From assembly GCF_001194135.2 (NCBI RefSeq), contig NC_068993.1, positions 20,961,593 through 21,025,592 on the forward strand: 64,000 nt of DNA, written 5' to 3'. Shown here piece by piece: positions 52,300 to 64,000 of the stretch (within the stretch, counting starts at the first letter, position 1; every line of letters begins with the position of its first letter). The notes under the pieces are model-generated. The model ran no database searches. It worked only from the letters and a program-made list of their open reading frames with translations, and was not told the DNA's origin. Both the position numbers and the translations under genes were made by a program. The stretch comes from Octopus bimaculoides. Lineage: Eukaryota.

Positions 52300-53030
52300 T
52301 TACTATTTGGCACATCAGATCCTATATATCTCTACTGTTTGGCACATCAAATCCCATATATTTGTAAAATCTCCATTATATCTTCAGTTTACAAAGAATA
52401 GTATGCTAGAGCTTATTCTGGCTTTGCTTTTCTTAGCTCTTACTACGGCACTGAACACCGAAACCGTTACTCTAAAAACAAATTACAGAGAGTAAGTTAG
52501 AGTAAAAGTCTTGGAAGTTGACCAATAGGAAGTCATGAACTTCTTTGCTTGATCATACAAGTAATGGCAATGATTCGGTGACTAAATCTAAAGTTTCTGT
52601 AGATCCCGATCCACTGAGGACTGACTTTTGGTTGTTTACACACTTGTATCCCACCATCCTTTGAAATTGCACTGAAATTAGTCTGGTTGCTATTGTCAGT
52701 GAAGCGTTCGGCTGTGTCTATATATGGTTCAGAAATTTCTTGTAAGACCGATATATCAACTCGAGTAGGACAAGGAGTGCTGTAATAACACCCATAATAT
52801 TTCTTCTCTACATAAATGACTTTTAACAATACTCACTTATACAAATGATACTGCCGTTCAATTTTCGAGAGTTACCCTCCAAACAAACGAGATTCCTCCA
52901 GCCAAATATTCACTAATTTCATGAACAAACATTAAAAAACATCAACCGTAACACATCATCCAAGAATGCCGCTATAATACACTTATTACTCACACCACGA
53001 AGACTTTTTTCAATATTAGTCCTCATGAAC
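52300..53030 (+). mobile_element. Highly degenerate CR1/Jockey-like RT remnant
   Basis: Motifs in RT order: EL..LA.LF, TNYR..KVLE, TRVGQG-AVITPIIFLLYINDF. Confidence 0.5.
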
Positions 53031-53143
53031 ACATCCAAAATTTCACAAGTTTCAGACTGCTAATATCCCAGATACATGAGATTGTCAAACGCCCGACCCA
53101 AAGACAAGTTTTTCTCTTTAACCTTTTACACGCTTAGACGCAT

Positions 53144-53228
53144 CATGTCACCGTACGAGTTTTCTCACCTGTAGCTGCAGACGCATTGTGTCGCATTGAG
53201 AGGGGAGAAAACTCGTACATTGACATGA
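53144..53228. repeat. Short hairpin repeat (MITE core)
   Basis: tcatgtcaccgtacgagttttctc ... gagaaaactcgtacattgacatga. Confidence 0.6.
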
Positions 53229-53622
53229 CACAGCGTATACCTTAGTTCTAAGCATTTACTGATTTTACAATACACAGGAGCGACAGACTTTGTTCCATAT
53301 CCTCTGATCTCTTTTGTCTACGTTAGTCAAAATTTCCATCTGATACATTGGTCACTCTTTCTCTTACCATTCCTTCTTAGTTATACTCAGTAAATCCCTT
53401 AGTGGACATTTTGTTCTATTCTTTCTTCTGAAACTCATTCCTTGAAACTCATTCCTTGTCTACACTTTCTCTGCAAAGAGCCCTGAATACCACCGAGTCT
53501 GAGATATACAGTAAATTTTATGATCAGTGATCCAAACTAAACATACATGAACAGCTCAAACATATATCAGCATGTACTCTCATTCTATAGACACTACATT
53601 ATAAGCATAAACTCTGTGTGTT

Positions 53623-53679
<57 letters not shown>

Positions 53680-54255
53680 GAGAAAGGGAGAAAAAGGGGA
53701 GAGTGAGACAGAGGAGTAAATAAGAAAAAGGGGACAATGAGAGAGGGGGAGAATATGAGAGAGAGGGATGAGAGAGAGAGAGAGAGAGATAGAGAGAGGA
53801 ACAAAGAGACTGATACACTGATTCACATACATGTATACACATACACTCATAAATATGTTGTATGGGTATATGTGCTATATATGTGTTGTGTGCCAGTATG
53901 TGCTGTATTGTGTGTTTGTGTGTGCATGTGTGTGTGTTATGTGTGCGGTTGTGGGTGTATATATTATTCGAATATGAAGAAAAAGGAGACAGAGGGTCTC
54001 AGTCAGATGAGCTGAAATTGATAGCATGTTGACTGTTTCTATCGATATCACCAATCATATTGAATTAAACACTTAAGAGAAATTCTGTTATTTAACAGTA
54101 ATAAATATGGAGAGTTTTAATTAAGCAGCGTGTCAGATGTAAAGTAGCATTAAAAGTTATAGTAAATGGAGACTTTCAGGGAGGAAACAGATGTAGAAAT
54201 AGCTAGAGAGAGAGGTGGTGGGAGAAGGAGAGAGAGATATGAGGAGAAGGAGAGA

Positions 54256-54361
<106 letters not shown>

Positions 54362-55035
54362 GGAGCGAAATAAGAAGGAAGGAAATGAAAGACATTTTTA
54401 TTTATTACAGAATGTCCGAGTCATGTTTTATAATACTGCGTCCTCTTCTCTCAAACCCAGGAAACAAAGACCAACAACTAATAACGCCATTTGTATTAGA
54501 TTTCCAAATGTAAATATATCTAAGTTTCATCACTTTCTAATTTATTTCAATTGTTCTGATAAAATAAAACTCATTTGATGCGTCGTTTCTGATAAAGATA
54601 CAATAATTAGAATAAATTAGAAGCTGATATTGTGGAATATTTTACATACAATGAACAATCGTGCAAAAAGAAGATAACTTCAAGCTATTGTACTCAACTT
54701 TAATGAAATCTAAATTTTCTGTGAATGAAATCAAAATATTTTAAAACAGTATTTGTATGGATATAGGCAAATGATTTAATCAAATCTATAGGCAAATCCA
54801 TTAAAATGTTCGACAGCAAGTTACTTCCTCACACAGTTTCTTGAATGTGGAGAGTGTGTGGGTACCCAGGCGTAATTTTGATAAAATCTATTAAACATCA
54901 GAGAAAGCTAGCAATCAACAACACTTGATAGGATATCTTACTATTAAAATACGCTGCCTAACTGCGAGCTCTTTAAGCTACGGAATTTGTATGACATTTG
55001 TTTAAGAAGTCAAATGTCTTTATAGTTATCAAAGA

Positions 55036-55373
55036 TTAACGAATCTTACATCCAGTCGTAGACACTTATCACTTGCAAAGCTGAACATATCACCAGCTAC
55101 TTAAAAACCAAGAAACAGATTTTTCACTACTCCACTTCGTCTGGTGTTATTTTGCCATAAATCTTCAAAGTAAACATCAAAGATCTTTGGCTCAAGTCCG
55201 CTTCTATTCTCGACCAGTTAGAGATAGTATTACTGAACTCCAACTCACACATCAATCTAGGCTCTCGACCCAAGACAGAAAACTCCTTTATGTACAGATT
55301 TCTATCCCCAAGTGCCGTGCCGTGAGGTACAATCAACAAACCCGTTTGGTGCGTGCACTCTTTACTCTCTGCT
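55036..55373 (+). mobile_element. Penelope-like N-terminal fragment, near-identical to 61270-61602 (inverted)
   Basis: High direct identity between the two copies; weak similarity to PLE N-termini (FHYSTSSGVILP). Confidence 0.5.
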
Positions 55374-55599
55374 GATCTTTCTTGTATTGTTGCTGAGGTT
55401 GTTTAACTCCCAGTCTGGTTGGGATTTCTAGCCGTGACTGTTTTATCTCTTCTATCAAGATCTAGATTGTCCAATGTTTCATTTTCCCTCAATGACGATA
55501 GGATGTAATTATCAGGGATTTAGTACAAATTCTAACAAGGAAGCAACCAAATTCTAACGTGAGAAGTGATTTATAAATCCAAGGTTTTATGCAAACACA

Positions 55600-56700
55600 G
55601 GTATTTGGGATTTGATTATGTGCAGTGTTCTGTTTTGATTTTGATTCTGATTTTGTATTCCTGTGAATAGATTGAAGGTATGTTACATAATACAGGGTGC
55701 AATGCTTCTAGGGTTAGCTTATGTTTTCTATATATTTCTGAGTCCTGAGATTTTAGCCAAGAAATCTGCATATTTCTGTATTATTCCCAAGGCAATTATG
55801 ATAAAGATTACTTCTGGGTTGTGCCTCTATATTAAGGTCCTTTCCATTTCCGCGTCTTTAGATAAATTTTATCTTTCTTTAAAGACATATCATCTTAAGG
55901 GAGTGATATTTCGATTGGGGTTCGATGACAATAATATACGGTTGATTTTTTTTTTTTTGCTATTATGACTATACGCATTGACATATTCTAGAATATGTTC
56001 CAGTTATCATTCCCTGAGACATTATCTGGTATGTATTTATGCTTCCGCATTTTGGTTGGCATTTCTATAATGCTAGTATAACGTCTAAAGTACAAAACTG
56101 AACCTCAGTTGGCCTTTTGACCACTTTTTGCAAAAATCGAGCAATCAGAAATAGTGTGTTTAAAGAGTTCTTCTTAACCTCCACGTATTTTATAGGTACG
56201 TAATGTATTCCCTGCCTGTTTCATTGCATACTTTTGGTCGTTTCTGGCGGAAAGGTTTTAAAACTGTGTCTCACTAAAGAATGTTTCACTTTCAATTTCA
56301 TCATGCATTTCCCATCATACAGTTTTTCATGTATATGCAATGTAGATTTTATGCCGATGAATTAAGCTCGACATTTTGTATCCATTTTTGGGGGGGGCTT
56401 GGATTCTACCTTTTTCGAAATTATTCTTGCACTTCTCCGTATGCATTAAAGACTTAACGTTTTGTTCGCTCGTGTTTTGCAGCAATTTATATGAATTTTC
56501 CATATTTCTTTACTGGGTATTTCTGTAGTCGAACAGAGAATATTTCAGAGAATATTTTATAGTTTCATAACAGATAATATTTCATAGTTGCTTAAACTCC
56601 ATATATTTCCAGTATATATAGTTTTTCTATTTTAGGTAGTATAGTCGAAATGCAGTATTATATCTTTTCTTGTTTTTTTCTGTCCATTCTTCCTAGTTTG
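55600..56700 (-). mobile_element. Old R4/Dong-like alpha copy
   Basis: IFIIIALGIIQKYADFLAKISGLRNI matches the alpha C-terminus IPIIVGALGIIKKYSDKYITKTPGLTNI. Confidence 0.55.
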
Positions 56701-57077
56701 TTTAGCGTCAAGATTAGAATCCAAAACACAGCAGGAAAATCAAGCATATTTTTATGCTATAGTTTAAAGTCATGCTTTTATATATCCAATATTTCAGTGA
56801 CCGGGATGTCCTTTATATGATAAAAGACAATTTAAGAATTTGTTGCAAGTATACCCAAATGCGGTTTCAGTCGAACAATGGAACCAAAAGTATTCCCGAT
56901 ACACAAGCAGACTATTACTGTTTGCTGAATTTTTTAATATATGCTTTTCTTTTAGACGTTCTATATGAAAGTCTCTGTAATCTCGTTCTCTTACGTTATA
57001 CGATAGAACACTGCTAATGTGTCGATGACACAGTTAGTACTCTCGCAATGTGGAAAAGTATTTGAAAATTATAATCA

Positions 57078-57144
<67 letters not shown>

Positions 57145-58400
57145 AATAATATTATTCAGCAGTCTTACTTTTATCGCGTGCTTTCACTGCACTACCGAGC
57201 GAACTTTTGTGTACGTTGGGTATGCTGTGATGCTCTTGAGCTTGTTGTTGTGCTCTTATATTCTCTGTATTCAAAGTGTTCTCGTAGGTAGGATGTGTGA
57301 GGCACCTAGTACTGCTATTTTCTGTATGTTATATATACTTGCAAGTGCTGATGTTTTTGTTATGTATTTGCTTGAATGTTTTTTCATCATACTTAATGTA
57401 CCTACTTTTATAAGAATTGTTTCTATTTTGGGGTTCCGCATTCGAGTTTCCTCTATTTCCAATTCTTTGTATTTTGAAAGTTTCTCCGTTTCTCTTGAAG
57501 AAAAATTGTCATTTGTTGGTATTGATACATCGATTAAAAAGGGGGTTGTTTGTGACCTCTAACAACTATGTCCAGCCTATTGGCCTTAATTTCTCTGTCT
57601 TTGTGTTTTGGAATGTCTTAAAGTATGGTTGCTTTGTCATTTTCTGTGACTTTTTCTGGCATGTGCCTATACTGTCTTTTCCCTATTGCTATTCCATAGT
57701 GTTGGTATAGTTTCCAGTATATATAGGTCCTAACTCTGTCGTGTCTGTGAATATATTCCTTCTTAGCCAGGACTGGGCAGCCAGAGACCATAGGATTTAT
57801 TGTTCCTTTTCCGACACTACATATTCTGCAGTTGCTTTATTTTTTTTCATTACGTATTTTTTGGTGATTTCTGATGGGAAGGTTTTGATCTTGTGCTGCA
57901 ATTAAAAATCTTTCAGTCTCTGCTTTGAGTCCTGATCTTCTCAACCATTGTTGGGATTTGGCTTTGTCTATTTCTTTTCTGTTTAGTTTAACCCAGTATT
58001 TGCCACGAAGGGTCTTTTCTTGCCATCATGTTATCATGCTCCGTTACTGTTCCAGTTTTAGCTTGGATTTCAGTTGTATGACAGCTTTTGTCGTTTTTTT
58101 CTTTTTCTTCATAGTTGTGAAGTAATATGGCTTCATGTTTGTATTTGTCAGCTTCCTTAAAGACTGAAAACAGTTTTTTTGTTTTGTCCGTGTTTTGTGG
58201 CTATTTGTACTAGTTTTCCTTGCTTCTGAAGTAGGTATTTCTGTAGTCCTACTGTGGTTATTTTATAATAGTTTTCTATTTGTATAAGGCCTCTACCACC
58301 TTTGATACGTCGTATATATAGCCTTCCTATGTCAGATTTTGCGCGGTGCATCCTAGATCCTGTCATTATTTTTCTTATTTTCCTGTCTATTTTGATTATT
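57145..58400 (-). mobile_element. R4/Dong-like alpha copy, 5'-truncated, between TAA tracts
   Basis: IDRKIRKIMT..MHRAKSDIGRLY..GGRGL through to the 3'UTR aagactgctgaataa. Confidence 0.88.
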
Positions 58401-58412
58401 ATCATTACTATT

Positions 58413-58451
<39 letters not shown>

Positions 58452-58455
58452 GCTG

Positions 58456-58520
<65 letters not shown>

Positions 58521-58552
58521 ATTATTATTATTATTAATATTATTATTATTCA

Positions 58553-59747
58553 GTAGTCTTATTTTTATCTCGTAATTTCACTGTAATACTGTGCAGAGCG
58601 ATGTGCCATGTGTATGTGCTGTGGTTAGTTGTGGTGTTCTTATTTTCACTCTATTGAAAGTGTAAGATATGCGCGGTGTCTAGTAATGCTATTTTCTGTA
58701 TGTTTCTGTAAGTCCTGGTGTTTTGGTTATGTATTTTTCTTTGTTTTGTTTTTAATCATACCTACTTTTATCGTAATTGTTTCTGTTTTTAAGTTCAACA
58801 TTCGAGTCACCTCTATTTCCAGATTTTTGTATTTGAAAGTTTCTCCGTTTCTCTTCGAGAAATATTTTCATTTTTTGGTATTGACACATCCATTAGAAGG
58901 CATTTTTTTCTTCGTAATCTGACATTTATATCCGGTTTATTAGACTTGATTTCTCTATCTGTGTGTATTGGCATGTCTCAGAGTATGGTTGCTTTGTCAT
59001 TCTGTGACCCCTTCTGAGGTGTGCCTATACCATCTTTTTTTAGTTGTTATTTCATAGTGTTGGCATAGCTTTCAGTGTATATACGTCCCAATCTTGTTAT
59101 ATCTGTGAATATATTCCTTTTTAGCCAGGACTGGGAAGACAGAGACAAAATGATATACTGTTTCTTCTTTATCACACATATTCTGAAGTAAATTGTTTTT
59201 TTGTTTTTTTTTCATGATGTGTTTTTGATGATTTCCGATGGGAAGGCTTTGATCTTGTGCTGCAATTAAAAATCCTTCAGTCTCTGCTTTGAGTCCTAAG
59301 CTTCTTAACCATTGTTGGGATTTAATTATATTTCTTTTCTGTTTAGATTAACACAATATTTTCCATGTAGGGTCTTTTCTTGCCATCGTTTTATCATGAT
59401 ACGTTGTTGCACCAGTTTTAGTTTGTATTTCAGTTGTTTTACAGCTTTTGCTGTCAGGGACTATGACTTCTTTCTTGAATTTTTCAGCTTCCTTAAAGAT
59501 AGAAATTAACTTTTTGTTTTTCTCATGTCGATAGTTATTTGTACCAGTTTTCTTTGTTTCTGAATTAGATATTTGTGTAACATTATGGTGGTTCTTTTAT
59601 AAAAATTTTCCAACCATATAAGGCCTTTACCACCTTCAGTACATTGTATATATAATCTTTCTATGTCAGATCTCGGGTGGTGCATCTTAAATTGTCATTA
59701 ATTTTGTTGTTTTCCAATCTAGTTTGATTAAAACATTTAACGTTGCA
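58553..59747 (-). mobile_element. R4/Dong-like alpha copy, 5'-truncated, between TAA tracts
   Basis: MHHPRSDIERLY..GGKGL through to the 3'UTR aagactactgaataa. Confidence 0.88.
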
Positions 59748-59825
<78 letters not shown>

Positions 59826-60345
59826 GACTGAAAGAGCAGGGCATGCCATCAAAATGACACTGGGATAAAATGTACGAAGCCCATTATACCCATCATGACT
59901 ACCCGTCTGATAAGGGTACACCAGGCACATGCATCACAACCATATGTGCGCGACATGGTGATCTCATATCAAGATAAAAAGCGCATGACCTCGCAGGTGG
60001 GGCCCAGATAGAATTTTCTTCAAGTCGAGTAGCCCATCCCGCTCAAAAGGTCCCTGAATAAGGTTTGTTTAAGGATGTTGAGCAAAACACCCATGTTTCC
60101 AAAGGTGAATTATTCAAACCCCAAGGAATTCCCTCAAAACATAGCTATGATGCTCCACAACCACTTCTGCTATTGATCAGAGATGCACATATCGTCAGCC
60201 ACAAAGCGACATGCTCAACTGGTTACGGTCAAACAACTGACAAGCAAATCTGTGGTATTAAACAGAATATTTGCTGTAGCCCACATCTTTTATATCAAGA
60301 CAAAACAATGTACATGATAGCACTTCCAAATCGATCAACTAGATG
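59826..60345 (-). mobile_element. Second copy of the ~550-bp TAA-embedded element, ~45 nt 5'-truncated
   Basis: Reverse complement aligns with ~38790-39300. Confidence 0.8.
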
Positions 60346-60699
60346 AGCTGAAAAGAAAAGGCATTGCTTACGACAAGATTTAGGCGTAAGTAGCCATCGA
60401 CAACATACTTATAAACTATATGAATGCTTTGTATATTTTAGAGCGGTAGCTCCGAAACATTGAACATTTAAGGTAATTTGTCGAGTTCAGCTGAAAGAAA
60501 TAAAGCATTACACAAATCCACGCTTTGTTATTTGGCTGACATCAGCGTGTGCGTATTATCTAATCTGAAGCAGATGTATCTGGTTTGGGAAACATGGTGA
60601 AGCGGGATCTTGTTCTTTTGAAATTTCATCCCGTTTCACTGCCGAAGATGCTGAATAATGCTACCAACCGATTTCAGGAGATTAAATCGAGGAGGTGTT

Positions 60700-61800
60700 G
60701 AATGTTTCTGGTTGTACGATTGGAAAATCTTCTAGGGCTAGTTAACCTCCCTACCAACTTATTGTAGCATAATAAACTTATTCGTTACTGTCTACTGTAC
60801 TGGCAGCAGATTAGAAGCCGGTGTAAGCTGAGATGTGGTGACATTGCTGAGAAAGGGCCTAAAAATGGAGAGAGAAATGACAACTGTGCCCAAAGCTGTT
60901 ATCAACACAATTAAAGCTCTTTCTTGGTAAAGATGTTGTTGGTAACATAGTTGGATACGCGCTTACTTGTGAAAGCTTCGCCAGATCTTTCTCCGTCAAA
61001 TTCTAACGTCATACTGTATATTGCAGAGTGGATCAGCTCTAGATCTGGCTTGGTAACATTCTTATCCATTTAACTCAGTTTAACGTATTCGCTATTATGA
61101 ACCATCGTTACATGGTAACTGTCTTGAGTATAACTGGTTTTGGTTTCATCATCAGAGTCTAGGTCGCTACATTATGTAGCGCTTCTATTTGTTGGTGACG
61201 AGAAGTTGTTAGTTATCGGAGACATTTCACTTGTCCCTTCCTAATGTCTTGATGCCAGATTGGGGGAGTAGCAGAGAGTAAAGAGTGCACGCACCAAACG
61301 GGTTCGCTGATTGTACCTCGCGGCACTTGGGGATAGAAAACTATACAGAAGGGAGTCTTCTGTCTTGGGTCGAGAGCCTAGATTGATGTGTGAGTTGGAG
61401 TTCAGTAATACTATCTCTAACTGGTCGAGAATAGAAGCGGACTTGAGCCAAAGGTCTTTGACGTTTACTTTGATGATTTATGGCAAAATAACACCAGACG
61501 AAGTGGAGTAGTGAAAAATCTGTTTCTTGGTTTTTAAGTAGCTGGCGATATGTTCAGCTTTGCAAGTGATAAGTGTCTACGACTGGATGTAAGATTCGTT
61601 AAACCCGCTTTAGTAAAACCTTTACTTATTAGCAGCGCACTCGGTGCACTTCCGACTGTGATAATATTGAGAAAGAGTATGTATAATAGTGCACTAAAAG
61701 ATATCTTTCTCGTCAGAGCTCTCATAAATGTTGAGTTAAATATTTTGGCTTGGTGACTGCAAAGAAGTAGTCGCATGTAACAGAGCTTGCTCAAGATTGT
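60700..61800 (-). mobile_element. Penelope-like element remnant
   Basis: Contains the shared 333-bp block and an NLTEKDLAKLS motif resembling PLE NLS..LT..E..LL.KG. Confidence 0.4.
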
Positions 61801-62319
61801 ACGATGTCGTCAGGAAAGGGCTGGTGACCTGCTGTTTCTGCCATTGTTGCTATAACAAGCCTCATTCGTCACTTCAGAGACGGCCAGTGTAAAGATGCAT
61901 AGTGTTGCCTAATTCTTATCACCATCAGAAAATTCAAATGTTTTCCTCTTTCTTTGTCCAAGTAAACCTTTCTAAACCGTAGTTGGCTAACGATGTGGAT
62001 AAAACTGAGTTGGGGGAAATGGAATTCGTTTTGAGGAACAGGAAGAGAAATAAAAGCTAAACATAGACAGAAAAAATGTGTAAGTTGATAAAAAAAATTT
62101 ACGTTGAATAAGCTAATTTTTGATATAGAAGGCCCGAAAATAAATTTTCATTTCGAGAGTTTTCTGGTACTTATATAGCTAGCAATCGATGGCTTTAACA
62201 GTAGAGTTGGTGTTGGTGATCGTATTGCCCATGGTGGCAGTGGTTGTGTTAGTTGTGGTGGCTGAGAGTAGTCGTACATTTGTTGGTGGTGAGAAGCGAC
62301 TGTGAGTAGGCAGCAGCAG

Positions 62320-62372
62320 AAACATCTGTAGCAAGCAGCAGCAGCTGCAGCAGCAGCAGCAGCAGTAGCAGC

Positions 62373-62427
<55 letters not shown>

Positions 62428-62770
62428 TTTAGTTTGAATACAGCTTTGATTAAATTGGTCTAGTCACGACGATTTTATTCTGTATTCCTAAATGTATTCC
62501 TCTTGACTACTATTTCCAACAGATTAATTTGGGTTGTTGCGGCGGTGGCACTCTTAGTGATGCAGAGTGTCCTAGCGACGGTTCAACCTGTTAACTGTAA
62601 TATTGACGACGACGACAACGATGATTATTATGACGATGATGATGATGACGGTGATGGTGTGGTGGTGGTGGTGGTGGTGGTGGTGGTGGTGGTGGGGTGA
62701 CGGGAAGGAGGATAATGACGACGACGATGTTGATCATGGTAATAATGATAGTGATTATTAATAATGGCGA
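62320..62770. repeat. Trinucleotide microsatellite cluster (CAG, TAG, GAT/GAC, GGT)
   Basis: Direct tandem repeats. Confidence 0.9.
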
Positions 62771-63727
62771 GAGGATCACTGGTGTAAGATGGGGATATTG
62801 CTTATAGCGACACCGATAATAACAGGTAGTGGTGATGATGTTGCATGATGCTTGCTAAATGATAGTTGATGATTGCCAATAGTGTTCATGTTTGAGTCGT
62901 GATGCGTTACAATGTTGGAAGAAGAATTAAAGAAAAAGTACCAACCTTTCCTCCACACAATTCCAATATTTGCAAAGATAAATTTAAACTCATTACCCGA
63001 AGTGCCTTTCATTGTTTCTACATCTCGAATATCAAGCGAGTTTACTTCCGACAGATTCTTCTCCAGATGTCATGTTTTATTAGAAACTTTCATAGAGTGA
63101 TCTCTTCCATTAGGCCTGTCCTTCTCATTCAATAAGCTTTGCTCTTATACAAACAATTATTTTAGCTCTGCTCGATGATCTATTTTGCTCTTTGTTAACC
63201 ATGTAACGTTTAAGAACTGGCAATATTGGACACCTGCAGAGTGTACAGCAGAAATTGTTGAATACGAAACGATGTGTGCCGGAACATTGTAATTATTTCT
63301 TAGTTATTTTTAGTTTTTCCAAGGATTGTAAGTTAATTGTTAGTCACCGAGGGCGTTAAGGACTTAACTGCTACTAATGAATATGGAACAGATGACCGTG
63401 TGATATATAGGTAGAAATTAATTCATGTACATGCTAGATGCGGTAGAATGTAGGTAACTTTCGATACTTGATGTAATTTTAATTTTCTGTTTTCAACAAA
63501 TCATTCGTGTTCCATTCTTTTATAATGCGTAATAAGAACAAAATATAGATTTATGGTCAATAGAAGATTTCTAAATATCAAATGAGGTGAAAAGGCTTGA
63601 GATTAATGTATATAGCAATTTAGTTTAATTTCATGAGGATTAAAAGTTTAGGAGAATGCAAAATGCTTACAGAAATTTCAATATATATTTCGGCATTTCG
63701 AAAACAAGTCTGTGTATGGTAGTAAAG

Positions 63728-63768
<41 letters not shown>

Positions 63769-63789
63769 TGCATTCACACGCATACACAT

Positions 63790-64000
63790 ACAGATAGTGG
63801 TTCGTATGTTGCATTCACGATCACTAGATCGTGGGTTCGATTCCCGAGTCGAACGGCGCGTTGTGTTCTTGAACAAAACACTTCCTTTCACTTCACTCTA
63901 CGATCGTTTCGACGTCTGACGTGCGGTACACGTGTGCCCCTGAACAGGCAATGTCGATTCGATGGCGGGAGTGGTCTAATGTACAACACATACGTCATTT
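63790..64000 (+). mobile_element. tRNA-derived SINE, runs off the window end
   Basis: A-box-like TAGTGGTTCG and B-box GGTTCGATTCC followed by gcgttgtgttcttgaacaaaacactt. Confidence 0.75.

Noticed and set aside
52388-52491. Apparent signal-peptide exon MLELILALLFLALTTA-LNTETVTLKTNYRE with AG and GTAAGT sites
   Set aside because: It lies in frame within a decayed CR1/Jockey-like RT (EL..LA.LF, NYR..KVLE, then GQG..FLLYINDF), has no paralogue and no convincing next exon. RNA-seq junctions at 52491 would revive it.
52533-52829. Minus-strand ORF with WIGIYR (C-type-lectin-like)
   Set aside because: It is antisense to the RT remnant and lacks lectin cysteines and splice support.
55615-55680. Hydrophobic stretch CSVLILILILYSCE*IEG followed by GTATGT
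   Set aside because: In-frame stop, no start, and it lies in the antisense 3' end of an old R4/Dong copy.
62776-63135. Overlapping short ORFs with faint integrase-like wording
   Set aside because: Similarity too weak to call without a profile search.

Overview
AT-rich, repeat-dense animal DNA with eight N gaps. The SINE families, heavy microsatellite load and REL-type LINEs fit an octopod cephalopod (inference from recall, not a search). The main result is a head-to-head pair of spliced genes that the ORF track misses. They encode small secreted prepropeptides: gene A on the minus strand (coding exons 4796-4655 and 1768-1590, 106 aa) and gene B on the plus strand (24801-24942 and 35008-35171, 101 aa). 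Both have canonical splice sites, the same phase-1 intron, a ~25-aa signal peptide, a propeptide ending in KR and a single-Cys mature peptide. The signal/pro exon is 94% identical between copies while the mature exon is strongly diverged. The pair sits in an old inverted duplication (arms ~1.1-15.9 kb and ~19.7-35.7 kb). The rest is transposon debris: two microsatellite-associated R4/Dong-like LINE lineages, one stacked in (TAA)n and one flanked by (TACA)n, plus several mariner/Tc1 copies and MITEs, Helitron pieces, a solo LTR, a SAP-domain DNA transposon, Penelope-like and L1/Tx1-like remnants, foldback elements and three tRNA-derived SINE families. No tRNA, rRNA or CRISPR array is supported. 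I cannot assign the peptide family to a known gene.
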